From assembly GCA_037305845.1 (NCBI GenBank), contig CP147778.1, positions 1,696,001 to 1,760,000 on the forward strand: a stretch of 64,000 nucleotides of DNA. Direction: 5' to 3'. Shown here one piece after another: positions 51,801-61,222 of this stretch. Made by a program: the position numbers and the translations under genes. The notes under the pieces were generated by a model that worked only from the letters and a program-made list of their open reading frames with translations, did not search any database and was not told the DNA's origin. The first letter of the stretch is position 1. Each line of letters starts with the position of its first letter. This DNA comes from Candidatus Freyarchaeum deiterrae. GTDB taxonomy: Archaea; Asgardarchaeota; Jordiarchaeia; Jordiarchaeales; Jordiarchaeaceae.

Positions 51801-52322
51801 CCGGTCCAAGTGAAGAAGTCTTCTAACGAAATCAGCCACAAGAACCGTTTTAGCTTGCTCAGTCCCCCCAGCGGATCTTATAGGCCCTGCGAAGTAAACT
51901 GCGAGATACTCCGTATTATCAGAATTCTTTTTAATCTTAACATCCGCTATTCCTTCAATGGGAGCTGCGGTAACCCCTTGGGTCAATAAAGCTAATGCCA
52001 AACGAATGGCTTTATCAGCAACTTCTTTTTCATCATTTAAATCTCCAAATTTTCCATAGACTGTCTCTTCCGCAATCTTAAAAGCTACTTCATCTCTAGT
52101 CATTTTTACGCTTAGTTCACGGATGCGATCAGCTACACCCTTAAACCCAATCAGTCCTTCAACTCTAGCTGCTACATCTCTTGCAGTCAAGATCTCAGGT
52201 TCGATAGAAGGATCAAATCCTCTACTACGCGCTTCACTTGCTAACTTGTACAAATTCTCAAAGTTACTTTCTATTGTCTTAAAGTATTCTTGCATCTCTT
52301 TACTAGCATTCGGCATCAGCAC
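48891..52322 (-). CDS. polC: DNA polymerase D large subunit DP2
   Basis: AAPIEG, FAGPIRSAGGT, GARMGRPEK, RRNCDGDED, Zn fingers, C-terminal PIP box QAKLSEFF. No intein seen. Confidence 0.97.
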   Translation of the reverse strand: MLMPNASKEMQEYFKTIESNFENLYKLASEARSRGFDPSIEPEILTARDVAARVEGLIGFKGVADRIRELSVKMTRDEVAFKIAEETVYGKFGDLNDEKEVADKAIRLALALLTQGVTAAPIEGIADVKIKKNSDNTEYLAVYFAGPIRSAGGTEQAKTVLVADFVRRLLHLDRYKPTDLEIERFVEEIDLYGHRVAHLQYPSTPDKIRMVMKNLPVEVTGEPTDKIEVSGHRNLPRIETNQLRGGAILVLNDGLIGKSSKLRKIVDRIGFEGWEWLSESKEEKEKFEVKPSATYLADVIAGRPVFGEPSAIGSFRPRYGRSRDTGLSAVGINPATMVILDEFLVSGTHIRTERPGKGAIVLPVDSIEGPIVKTLDGSVRRVNTIEEALEVVNKVDKILFLGDLLIAFGEFLENNHPLIPSGYCVEWWIQEFRKKINEKFGEDMQRASSFMGVNQERLKRIIEDYFYFVPTAKEALNISEALNLPLHPEYTYYWHDIHADEAMELKKWLDKVDASEQDEITAEVPQNVKEILERLGVPHRFENNKIIISEHAPILLRCLSKGKEVQKLALYQFGEGMSGLDVVKSLTDIPIREKAPIYIGARMGRPEKAKERKLSPPVHVLFPVGLEGGSTRNIVKAAERGVISVEIAKRRCPDCESVTFSNFCPSCKKRTLTVNTCLQCDFSSEATTCPKCGGKMHPYEGREINLKEEFQNALQRVGVETIKEVKGVQGLISESKVPEPLEKGILRAKHDLYVYKDGTLRFDATDAPITHFKPGEIAVPVEKLHELGYNRDYKGNPLENEEQIVELKPQDIIVSENCGDYLVALANFIDELLTKFYVLPSYYQVKSREDLVGHLIVGLAPHTSVGIVGRVIGFTKAQVCYAHPYWHAAKRRNCDGDEDAVMLALDPLLNFSKFFLPKKRGGMMDIPLVIAVRLDPQEVDSESHNMDVMDHYPLEFYEKTLQYEDPKKIEKSMDIVAHRLDTPEQYENFKFTHPTKNIFQGPPRSKYKELGTMMEKVQAQLELSTKIRASDPKSVATRIIQKHFIRDIAGNLKAFSTQRIRCLNCNKKYRRPPLQGKCPSCGGKIILTVHQAGIEKYLPFAIEISEKYDLAPYIKQRLKLLKQNIGLIFEEEKAKQAKLSEFF

Positions 52323-52671
52323 ATCTCCAACCTAAATAAAACAGCATCCTAGTATTTATAAAATTTTTACGATAAAATATAGCTTCTCTTTCTAATAAAA
52401 GACCTAAACCAGTATTCTCACAGGAGTGTCTATTAAGACGCTATGAAAAGCTTTATGTATCCTTTTTAATATCTGTATTGCTCCCAATAACCAAATTAAA
52501 AAAAGAAAGAAAGATTACTTAGTTAAATAAAACTAAAATAAGCTACAAGAATGGTTCCTTGAATTAGAATAGGCACGTTAAATTTCCCAGTTTATTGAAA
52601 AACTTTTTAAATATTGAATCAATATCCAAATTAAACTCCTAAATCCACTTCCAAAAATGGAGGATCTGATT

Positions 52672-53394
52672 ATGGGTAGACGGTTGATTGTTCAGAGACG
52701 CGGCAGAGGTGGTTCAAATTACCGAAATCCAGGCTTTAAACGGAGAGGTGAGGTTAAACTCCGTTCCACTAACGCTGATGACGTAACTTATGGCACAATT
52801 AAAGAATTAGTACACGAATCCGGAAGGGGCGCCCCACTTGCTAGAGTAAAGTTTGAAGATGGCAAGGAACAATGGGCTCTTATACCCGAGGGTTCCTTTA
52901 TAGGGCAAAGAATCGAATACGGTTCAAAAGCAGGTATAAAACTTGGTAACACTCTTCCTCTGCGACAAATTCCCGAAGGTACTCCTGTCTTTAACTTGGA
53001 AGGAGTTCCGGGCGATGGAGGAAAATTTGTTCGCTCTTCGGGGACATACGCCACAATCCTAACCCACAGTGCAGATAAGACAATGATTCGATTTCCGTCA
53101 AGCAAAGTAAGAGCGTTCAACCCTAATTGTAGAGCCACTATTGGAGTAGTCTCTGGAGGAGGCCGCACTGATAAACCATTCATGAAAGCAGGTAACGTAT
53201 TTCATCTCACAAAAGCAAAAAGCTGGCATTGGCCCCACGTACGTGGTGTAGCCATGAACGCAGCATCACACCCTCACGGTGGAGGAAGCCACCAGCATGT
53301 TGGAGGACCATCATCCGTTCCCAGAACCGCTCCCCCTGGCCAAAAAGTTGGCCTTATAGCTCCACGCAGAACTGGACGTAGGCAGCGGAAGTAA
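52672..53394 (+). CDS. rpl2: 50S ribosomal protein uL2
   Basis: MGRRLIVQRRGRG, VRGVAMN..SHPHGGG. Confidence 0.97.
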   Translation: MGRRLIVQRRGRGGSNYRNPGFKRRGEVKLRSTNADDVTYGTIKELVHESGRGAPLARVKFEDGKEQWALIPEGSFIGQRIEYGSKAGIKLGNTLPLRQIPEGTPVFNLEGVPGDGGKFVRSSGTYATILTHSADKTMIRFPSSKVRAFNPNCRATIGVVSGGGRTDKPFMKAGNVFHLTKAKSWHWPHVRGVAMNAASHPHGGGSHQHVGGPSSVPRTAPPGQKVGLIAPRRTGRRQRK

Positions 53395-53517
53395 GTAGTT
53401 GAATGGTTTCTAAGAAGGATTGCAAATATTGTTGATTAACCATAAAAAATTTGAGGAAATTTATTATTATGATGATTTTGTTTCCATAGAATCTATTTGT
53501 TCAGGAGGCTAAACAAG

Positions 53518-54528
53518 TTGGGTCATAGAAAGACACATGCACCAAAGAGAGGAAGTTTAGCGTTCTTACCCAGAGGAAGAGCCTCTAGCCCCGCAGGACG
53601 CATTAGAACATGGCCTGAGTACGCCAAATCACCAACCATACTAGGCATCCCAGCATACAAAGCTGGAATGACACACATCCTACTAGTTGAAGATCAACCA
53701 CACAGTCCCTTTTTTGGACAGGAAAGAGTATTTCCTGTAACTATACTCGATGCTCCCCCCATAATAGTTTTTGGAGTAAGAGCTTACAATTTAACTCCAT
53801 ACGGTCTAAGTACTCTAACAGAAGTTTGGGCACCAGAACTGTCAAACGATCTTAAGCGAAAATTCACTCTCCCCCATAATTATGACTATGAGAAAGCTTT
53901 AAACCGCTTGGAGGAACAAAAAGGCAAAATATCCGAAATCCGTGCCTTAATACACACTCAACCGAGGCTAACAAGCGTACCTAAGAAAAAACCAGACGTC
54001 ATTGAACTTAAAATCGGTGGGGGTTCAATAGAGGAACAGATAAACTACAGCAAGCAAATTCTAGGTAAACAAATCAGAATTGGTGAAATCTTCAAAGATG
54101 GGCAGTATGCTGATGTTATTGCAGTAAGTAAGGGAAAAGGTTTTCAAGGACCAGTTAAAAGATGGGGAGTACGTATGCTCCAGAACAAATCTCGAAAAAC
54201 GGTGAGAGGAGTAGGCGCCATCGGACCATGGAGGCCAGCCAGAGTACTCTACACTGTTCCTCGAGCAGGACAAATGGGTTATCATCAGCGTACAGAATAC
54301 AATAAAAGAATTTTAAAAATAGGTGAGAGAGGAGAAGAGGTTTCCCCCCATGGAGGATTTATCCGTTATGGCATAGTTCGAGGAGATTACCTCCTAATAC
54401 AAGGTTCAGTTCCCGGACCCTCAAAACGTCTCATAACTCTTCGATATCCACTACGCCCACCAACCAGTATACCCGAAAAACCACCCCTAATTTCTTATAT
54501 AAGCATCGAATCTAAACAAGGAGATTAA
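53518..54528 (+). CDS. rpl3: 50S ribosomal protein uL3
   Basis: PKRGSLAFLPR, YKAGMTH, KGKGFQGPVKRWG, AGQMGYHQRTEYNK. Confidence 0.97.
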   Translation: MGHRKTHAPKRGSLAFLPRGRASSPAGRIRTWPEYAKSPTILGIPAYKAGMTHILLVEDQPHSPFFGQERVFPVTILDAPPIIVFGVRAYNLTPYGLSTLTEVWAPELSNDLKRKFTLPHNYDYEKALNRLEEQKGKISEIRALIHTQPRLTSVPKKKPDVIELKIGGGSIEEQINYSKQILGKQIRIGEIFKDGQYADVIAVSKGKGFQGPVKRWGVRMLQNKSRKTVRGVGAIGPWRPARVLYTVPRAGQMGYHQRTEYNKRILKIGERGEEVSPHGGFIRYGIVRGDYLLIQGSVPGPSKRLITLRYPLRPPTSIPEKPPLISYISIESKQGD

Positions 54529-54542
54529 AGGAAGCGAAGCAA

Positions 54543-55331
54543 TTGGCTAAAAAAGTTAACGTGTATGGAATTAACGGTGAACCATTACGTTCTATTAAAC
54601 TGCCAGACGTATTCGATACACCCTACCGACCAGATATAATTAAAAGAGCAGTCCTATCTTCGAGATTCGCAAGGATTCAGCCGTACGGCGTAGATAAAAT
54701 GGCGGGTAAGCATACAACCGCCGAGTCTCGAGGACCCGGAATGGGTATTTCTAGAACTCCCCGAGTAAAGGGATCACAATACCCCGCGGCTATGCGTGGA
54801 GGACTAGTAACTATGGCTGTGGGGGGCAGAAGAGCGCATCCCCCAAAACCAGAGAAGGTTTGGTCCGAAAAAATCAACAAAAAAGAACGAAGAATAGCGA
54901 TTCGTTCAGCTATAGCTGCAACTGCTAACCCCGAATTGGTTAAAGGAAGAGGCCACGTAATCGAGAATGTAAAAGAACTGCCCTTAATAGTGTCTGACGA
55001 ATTTCAAGCTATTAGTGCATCTTCCGCAACCAGAGATCTCTTCGTAACGTTAGGTGTTTGGTCTGATATTCAGAGAGCCAAAGAAGGTAAAAAAATCAGA
55101 GCGGGAAAAGGAAAAACACGTGGTAGAAAGTACAAGAAACCAAAAAGCGTACTCATAGTAATAAATGAAGATCAAGGGATAGTGAAAGCCTCGAGAAATC
55201 AAGCAGGCTTAGACATAGTAAACATAAGGAACCTAAACGCTGAATTATTAGCACCAGGGACCAATCCCGGAAGGCTAACTATATGGACTGAATCCGCTGT
55301 TAAACAACTCGAAAACCTGTTCACAGTGTAG
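54543..55331 (+). CDS. rpl4: 50S ribosomal protein uL4
   Basis: RPDIIKRAV, GGRRAHPPK, RAGKGKTRGR, LAPGTNPGRLTIWT. Confidence 0.97.
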   Translation: MAKKVNVYGINGEPLRSIKLPDVFDTPYRPDIIKRAVLSSRFARIQPYGVDKMAGKHTTAESRGPGMGISRTPRVKGSQYPAAMRGGLVTMAVGGRRAHPPKPEKVWSEKINKKERRIAIRSAIAATANPELVKGRGHVIENVKELPLIVSDEFQAISASSATRDLFVTLGVWSDIQRAKEGKKIRAGKGKTRGRKYKKPKSVLIVINEDQGIVKASRNQAGLDIVNIRNLNAELLAPGTNPGRLTIWTESAVKQLENLFTV

Positions 55332-55544
55332 AAGCCCATTTGAATTTGATTTGACTATTTCATTTTTTCATTAATAATATACATTTTCTCGTTTTTATTT
55401 TATCTCCTTATTATTGGTCACGTTATCAAAATAAGTAGACCCTCATGTGACGTGTAGTACTTATTATCAGGACTGCTTGTGTAGCAGGAAATCACCAAAA
55501 AATTATCTAAAAATCAAATGTATTCAAAAAAAGAAATTGGGTTG

Positions 55545-57122
55545 TTACGATGAGCTATTACTCCTATTATGATTTCTGTCGGAAGCTAGCATGCGATTAA
55601 CAGCATTAATAAGAGCTTGCACACTTGCACTAACTATATCTTCATTTGCCGCTCTTGCTGTGTATAATTTATCTTTGCTGTCTTTTATCTTAACCGTAAC
55701 AAAACCCAATGCTTCGGTACCGCCTGTTATAGCCTCCAAATTATACTCAACTAAAGACATCTCTCCGAATGCTTTTACCGCCTTCTGTAAGGCGTTGTAA
55801 GCTGCATCCACTGGCCCTACTCCTAGATCGGAAACAAGTTTTTCTTCTTCTCCTACTTGTATGCGAACGGTTGCTGTGGGGGTAATATTTAATCCGGTGA
55901 CTACCATAAATTCTTTTAGTTTTAGATATTGTTCTTTTTCAGATACTCTGCCAATGATATCATCTGCTACAGCTTCTAAATCTAAGTCGGTAACGTTTTT
56001 TCCTTTATCCCCCAGTTGTTTAATCTTTTCCATTATTTCTCCTAACTGTTCATCTGTATAGATATAGCCGTAACTATCCAGCTTAGCTTTCAGAGAATGT
56101 CTTCCGGTATGTTTTCCAATTACTATAGATGAAAGGGCGATGTCTTGGTCGCTTCTATTTATTCCTATTGTTTCTGGCGTGATCGGTTCATAAGTTTGAG
56201 GGTTTACTAGTACCGCGTGTGCGTGAATGCCGCTTTTATGGCGGAAAGCATTCTCTCCAACAATTGCTTTATTAGGTGGAATTTTTATACCGCTTAAATT
56301 TTCAATAAGCTTTGAAGTTTCAAAAATGTGCTTAGTTTTAATGTTTGTTTTAATTCCATACAGAGCAATTAGTGACATGACAGTTTCTTCTAAAGAAGCA
56401 TTGCCAGCTCTTTCCCCTATGCCATTAACAGTTACGTGAACCTGTTTAGCTCCCATCTCTACAGCAGCTAAGGCGTTAGCTACCGATAAGCCAAAATCGT
56501 CATGAGTGTGCACCGATATTATTGTATCGCTCTTTACAACTCCCATTAACTCCTTTACAAGATACGCGTAAGCTCGGGGTGTAGTGCACCCTACTGTGTC
56601 TGGTATATTAATTACATCAGCGCCAGCTTTAACAACCTCTCCATTAATCTCTTTTAGGAAGTTCAAATCGCTTCTGGTAGCATCTTCCGAGGAGAATTCA
56701 ACTTTTAATCCGTGTTCCTTAGCATACCTAACCGATTCAACAGCACTATTCAACACTTGTTCCCGAGTCATTTTCAGTTTTTCTTTCATATGCAAATCCG
56801 ATGTAGCTATAAAAATATGAACTCGATTAACACCACAATCAATAGCTAAATCTATCTCTTTCTGGTTAGTCCTAGCCAGCGCACAAATTTCTGAATTTAA
56901 CCCTAGCTTGGCTATTTCACGAATAGCTTCTTCTTCGCCTTTAGAAACCGGGGGCATTCCTGCTTCAATAACATCTACACCCAGTTTTGCGAGTTGTTCC
57001 GCGATGGCTTTTTTCTCATTCACAGTAAAAGAAATCCCAGGAGTCTGTTCACCATCACGCATAGTGGTGTCAAAAATGAATACTTCTTTTGGTAGATTTA
57101 ATTCCGAAGATACATCACTCAT
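55545..57122 (-). CDS. leuA: 2-isopropylmalate / (R)-citramalate synthase (LeuA/CimA family)
   Basis: DTTMRDGEQ, HTHDDFG, NGIGERAGN, regulatory domain GPVDA. LeuA versus CimA cannot be resolved by eye. Confidence 0.85.
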   Translation of the reverse strand: MSDVSSELNLPKEVFIFDTTMRDGEQTPGISFTVNEKKAIAEQLAKLGVDVIEAGMPPVSKGEEEAIREIAKLGLNSEICALARTNQKEIDLAIDCGVNRVHIFIATSDLHMKEKLKMTREQVLNSAVESVRYAKEHGLKVEFSSEDATRSDLNFLKEINGEVVKAGADVINIPDTVGCTTPRAYAYLVKELMGVVKSDTIISVHTHDDFGLSVANALAAVEMGAKQVHVTVNGIGERAGNASLEETVMSLIALYGIKTNIKTKHIFETSKLIENLSGIKIPPNKAIVGENAFRHKSGIHAHAVLVNPQTYEPITPETIGINRSDQDIALSSIVIGKHTGRHSLKAKLDSYGYIYTDEQLGEIMEKIKQLGDKGKNVTDLDLEAVADDIIGRVSEKEQYLKLKEFMVVTGLNITPTATVRIQVGEEEKLVSDLGVGPVDAAYNALQKAVKAFGEMSLVEYNLEAITGGTEALGFVTVKIKDSKDKLYTARAANEDIVSASVQALINAVNRMLASDRNHNRSNSSS

Positions 57123-57396
57123 AAATTGGCTGACAAAGAAAATCAGGCCTCCTCATAAGTTAGCCTCCATAAAATCTTGATTATAATCCATAACAAACTA
57201 CTCCAATTTAACTATTACGCGCAATAAATTTTGACTATAAACCTAAATTCAGGTGAAATATAATACACGTAGCACACTGCAAGATAGAGTTACACTAATA
57301 CCATATATCTTTTACCTGATAATTTTCAATTAAAATTAAGTAGAGGGAGGTTATCCTCCCCGTGGATCCTTTAGTAGTGTCTATGTTCTTCCGAAA

Positions 57397-57900
57397 TCAA
57401 AGCATTTTTAGTTGTAGTCCTTCTTCAACTGTTTCTTTTTGTACATTTTTGAATCCAAGATTATCTACAAATTGTAGAACTGTGTTTGGTACGAATTTAT
57501 TCTCCCTTATGCTGTCGGTATACACTTTACGCGCTACCATCTTGCCGATGTATGTAAGTAACACTGGAACGCCTTTATTCTCTTTGTTTCCTGCTGTTAT
57601 CAGCCCCGCTTTTTTTAGTCTCTTCAGATTCCACCTAGCTGTTGATTTAGGCATTTCAAATTTTTCTGCTATTTCTTCAGCGAGTCTTGTGAAAACTGTA
57701 GTATCCTCTAGGTTAGAAATGTACATCAAGATTTCTTTTTGTTTTTTTGTCAATGCAATAGAAGCTAGTTTCTCAATGCCTTCCCTTAGTAAGGAAAATT
57801 CCTTCAGAAAATTCTTTTTCAGGGAACTCAAAAGAAAACTCTTGTTCTCTTTATTTCCATCTTTCAAAAACAGATTTATACTCTCAATAAGAGAGTCCAT
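57397..57900 (-). CDS. Winged-HTH protein, divergent from trx-nrdD
   Basis: LTKKQKEIL...IAEKFEMPKSTARWNLKRLKKAGLI. Confidence 0.7.
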   Translation of the reverse strand: MDSLIESINLFLKDGNKENKSFLLSSLKKNFLKEFSLLREGIEKLASIALTKKQKEILMYISNLEDTTVFTRLAEEIAEKFEMPKSTARWNLKRLKKAGLITAGNKENKGVPVLLTYIGKMVARKVYTDSIRENKFVPNTVLQFVDNLGFKNVQKETVEEGLQLKML

Positions 57901-58321
57901 TTTGTTTAATAGTTCGAAGATATCCGTTTCAGCGAATTTCGTTAACCCTCCAACTATGGAGGAAATAACACCCCTGCAATCTTTTCACCTCACGTATTAT
58001 CAATCAATGAAAGGGTGCCTGAATATAATAATATAAGGAAAGAATCAAGAATAGTATATATATTTTATGCTATTTTACCGCTTTGCATCTTTATTTTTTA
58101 ACATGATTAAAGCAACTTTTCTTGTTGAAAATATGAATATTTCATTTTTGGTTTACTCACCCAAGTATTACTAATTTTTTTAAATGAAACTCAAAACAGT
58201 AATGGTAATAACCAATAACCTAAGAGGCCTTTACAACACTCGAATTGGCGCTATTACCTTCCAAAGTAGCTGTCCACGAGGAATCTATATAAATATTTAA
58301 AAAAATTTATATATCCCTATC

Positions 58322-58354
58322 AGAATATTCTACTATAATATTTTAGAGTATTCT
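58322..58354. promoter_or_regulatory. Candidate operator: paired palindromic boxes upstream of trx-nrdD
   Basis: AGAATATTCT (perfect palindrome) and AGAGTATTCT, 23 bp apart, just downstream of TTTATATA. Confidence 0.4.
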
Positions 58355-58466
58355 ATCAAAAAAATTTTAGTAACCTAAGTGAAAGGCATACAACACCATC
58401 TTGGCTGTTAAAAAACATAGGCTTTATATTGTGTTCTGAAAAATAGAGAGGAGGACGTAGATATAA

Positions 58467-58757
58467 ATGAAACCAAAGAATTTGCTCGTATTTACGCAGA
58501 AGAATTGCCCAAACTGTCCAGCAATGAAAGAAATTGTTTTTGAGGTTGGCAGAAAATTAAGCATCCCAGTTAAGTTGGTTGATATCTCTGACCATTTGCC
58601 AGAACAGCTGGAGTTCGATTTACTACAAAACCAAATTTACATTTCGTCAACTCCTTCTGTAATATTGGTAAATGAAGATGACTCTATGAACGAATTAGTG
58701 TTGGGAGAAATTGTCCACTATGATGAATTGGAGAGGCGAATATTAAACGAGGAGTGA
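58467..58757 (+). CDS. Thioredoxin/NrdH-like redoxin
   Basis: CPNC active site and STPSV cis-Pro; stop overlaps the nrdD ORF start. Confidence 0.85.
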   Translation: MKPKNLLVFTQKNCPNCPAMKEIVFEVGRKLSIPVKLVDISDHLPEQLEFDLLQNQIYISSTPSVILVNEDDSMNELVLGEIVHYDELERRILNEE

Positions 58758-61144
58758 TTTTTATGTCTAACTCTAGTCATTCATCAAGAAAAGGGGAAGA
58801 GGTTCCGTTTGAATCCCAAAGTAATGGGGATTTTATCCATTCTTTAATACCACCTGTGAGAACTTCGAGAGGAATGATTGAGGACTTTGATGTATCAAAA
58901 ATAATTCAAAGTCTCGTTAAAGAAACTGGAATCGAAAAGGAAAGGGCGGCTGAAGTAGCAAAAAGAGTTGTACAGCGTATTATCTCTTCGAATATTCAGT
59001 GGCTGTCAAGCCCTATGATACGGGAGATGGCCTGCTCAGTATTAGCTGAAATGGGTATGATCGAAGCGAGAAAACTGTACACAAGAATCGGAGTGCCAAT
59101 GTACGACTTGAACGAAATGATAGTTAATCCACTCAAACATACGTGGAATGCAAACCTGCAAATAAATCCGGAAACAGTCGCAAAAATAGTTTACGATCGA
59201 GTTATGACCGAGCATACCTATCTAACACTTCCAGGAGATTTAGAAGTTGAAGTTCCTACTGGTAAAACTTTAAGATTCAAAACTAACCTAGCAGATGCTC
59301 ATCTGCTGGGGGACTACTATCATAAGGATAGGGAGTATACAAGTATAAGGGACTACTGTGCTTCTTGGGATCCAAGATTATTCATGATTTTAGGATTAGA
59401 GCCGGACGGGTTACAAGGTGCTCACTCATCAAGCGCTTATCCCGCTAAACACTTGATAGTTTTTACAAATCATGCTGCGATATGGCTCGCCTCATGGCAA
59501 AGTAATATGTCCGGGGGGCAAGGATTCCACAATTGGATGGAATCAATTGCATGGTATCTGAGAGGATTAAAACAGGAAGAACTCACAAGCGCAGCTCAAA
59601 GCTTAGTATCCAGTATGAATCCCACCACGTTAAATATTAACAATGAACTATACGCCAAATTCGCTCAGATTCCAAAGCAGATAATAGACTCCATAGTCGC
59701 TTACACCATGAAAAGCTTCCATGAGAAAGAAGTCGAACAAGCTTCCCAACACACGCCTTTCATTGCCACTCAACAATATGTTGCCCGCGGCGGTCAGGTA
59801 CCTTTCACCTCCATTGATATTGGCCCCGGTATTAAAAAAGAATTCATGGATGAGCCAGTAATTATGCCTGGTGGAAAAACTAGTGAACGCTATGTTTACG
59901 GAGATTTCACCGAAGAGATTAAAAATTACTTTATAACACTAATGAAAACAATGTATAACGGTGACAGGCATGGTAAACTTTTCAATTATCCTAAGGTTAA
60001 CATAGAACTTCGCGAGGAGTGGATGAAACCAGAATTCGAGGAAGCTTACCTGTGGGCTGCAAAGTTAACCTCAAAGTACGGTCTTCCCTATTTTGTCAAC
60101 TACCTTAACTGGAGAAGAAAAATCATTGGTGGATGTGTGTCCTGCTGCTCTCACACTTGGGCTGCAGACACTCCAGAACAAAAGGAAGAGTATCTCTCGG
60201 GAAATGCGGTATATGGCGCCATTCAAATGGATACTCCAAATCCTGTTGCTAGCGCAGCAAGGACAGTTGGACAGGATGAGAGCAAATTTTTCGAAGACTT
60301 TACACAAATAATAAATAATGTAATTATACCAAGCCTTCTCAACCGATATAAAATTATTAACAGAATTAAAAAATTGGGATTAGCCCCGCTTTACAATGTT
60401 AAACGCCCAAATGGAAGGGATATGATTGTCCCCGAAGAGCGGAAGCTTCTCATAGGAACCATAGGTTTTGCTGAAATGACCGAGATAGCGGTTGGCTATC
60501 CGCTTTGGCATGAAGAAGGCATGAAGTTCGCACTAAAGGTTATTAAACATATGAAGTCATTAGCTGATGAGTGGTCAGAAGAAACTGGTCTTTCAATACA
60601 AGTAACTAGAACACCCGCGGAGTCAGCTGCTGGCAGACTTGCCAAAATAATGTATGAAAGATATCCCGAAGTCCGTCCATTCCTTAGAGGCAGTTATCCA
60701 AATGTTTATCTAACAAACTCGGTTCACCAGCCGGTGGATGCTGATATACCTTTATCAGAAAGAATAAAGAAAGAGGCAATGTTCGCCCCATCTCTCGGGG
60801 GAGGTTTCCTTCAACATATCTTTCTAGACGATACTTATCCCGACCCAGAAGCCCTTTGGAAATTCATTCAGAAAATAGCTAGAAACACTCTCACCGCTTA
60901 TTTTGATTTCACAATCGATATGTGGAATTGTAGCGACTGCCACAGTCAAGGAAGAATGGATTGGAAACAGAACCAATTCAGTTCTATAGAAGAACTTCTT
61001 AACTTTAAATGTCCAAAATGTGGAAGCCCTAACGCAGAGATTCTTTCAAGGATAACAGGATACCTTCAAGGACTCAAAGGAACTTGGAATGATCCCAAGA
61101 AACAAGAGTTTCTAGAACGTAGGAGATATAATCTAAATATTTAA
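58754..61144 (+). CDS. nrdD: Anaerobic (class III) ribonucleotide reductase with ATP cone
   Basis: ATP cone, NPET, SGGQG, RGGQVPFTS, TPAES, YLTNS, Zn CxxC pairs, glycyl-radical motif SRITGYL. Confidence 0.92.
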   Translation: MIFMSNSSHSSRKGEEVPFESQSNGDFIHSLIPPVRTSRGMIEDFDVSKIIQSLVKETGIEKERAAEVAKRVVQRIISSNIQWLSSPMIREMACSVLAEMGMIEARKLYTRIGVPMYDLNEMIVNPLKHTWNANLQINPETVAKIVYDRVMTEHTYLTLPGDLEVEVPTGKTLRFKTNLADAHLLGDYYHKDREYTSIRDYCASWDPRLFMILGLEPDGLQGAHSSSAYPAKHLIVFTNHAAIWLASWQSNMSGGQGFHNWMESIAWYLRGLKQEELTSAAQSLVSSMNPTTLNINNELYAKFAQIPKQIIDSIVAYTMKSFHEKEVEQASQHTPFIATQQYVARGGQVPFTSIDIGPGIKKEFMDEPVIMPGGKTSERYVYGDFTEEIKNYFITLMKTMYNGDRHGKLFNYPKVNIELREEWMKPEFEEAYLWAAKLTSKYGLPYFVNYLNWRRKIIGGCVSCCSHTWAADTPEQKEEYLSGNAVYGAIQMDTPNPVASAARTVGQDESKFFEDFTQIINNVIIPSLLNRYKIINRIKKLGLAPLYNVKRPNGRDMIVPEERKLLIGTIGFAEMTEIAVGYPLWHEEGMKFALKVIKHMKSLADEWSEETGLSIQVTRTPAESAAGRLAKIMYERYPEVRPFLRGSYPNVYLTNSVHQPVDADIPLSERIKKEAMFAPSLGGGFLQHIFLDDTYPDPEALWKFIQKIARNTLTAYFDFTIDMWNCSDCHSQGRMDWKQNQFSSIEELLNFKCPKCGSPNAEILSRITGYLQGLKGTWNDPKKQEFLERRRYNLNI

Positions 61145-61222
61145 CACATTTCCATTCTTTTTTTAATTTTAAAACCATCCAAATAGTTTAATAAAATCTT
61201 TTGGAATTTCTTTTCTGAACCT

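Noticed and set aside
55416-55497. Small hairpins between rpl4 and leuA as a possible sRNA
   Set aside because: Helices are short, boxes are degenerate and no target was found; may be terminator structure.
57930-57975. BHB-like hairpin (gtta/taac around cctcca/tggagg) upstream of the HTH gene as another mRNA intron
   Set aside because: Both plausible cut registers create early stop codons instead of extending the ORF.
57362-58036. Long antisense ORFs (also 7687-8253, 44808-45401, 28407-28889, 33521-33916)
   Set aside because: They are shadows of well-supported genes on the opposite strand or in another frame.
59231-59292. Hairpin coinciding with an nrdD protein insertion
   Set aside because: No 4-bp central helix with 3-nt bulges, and the closest excision shifts the frame.
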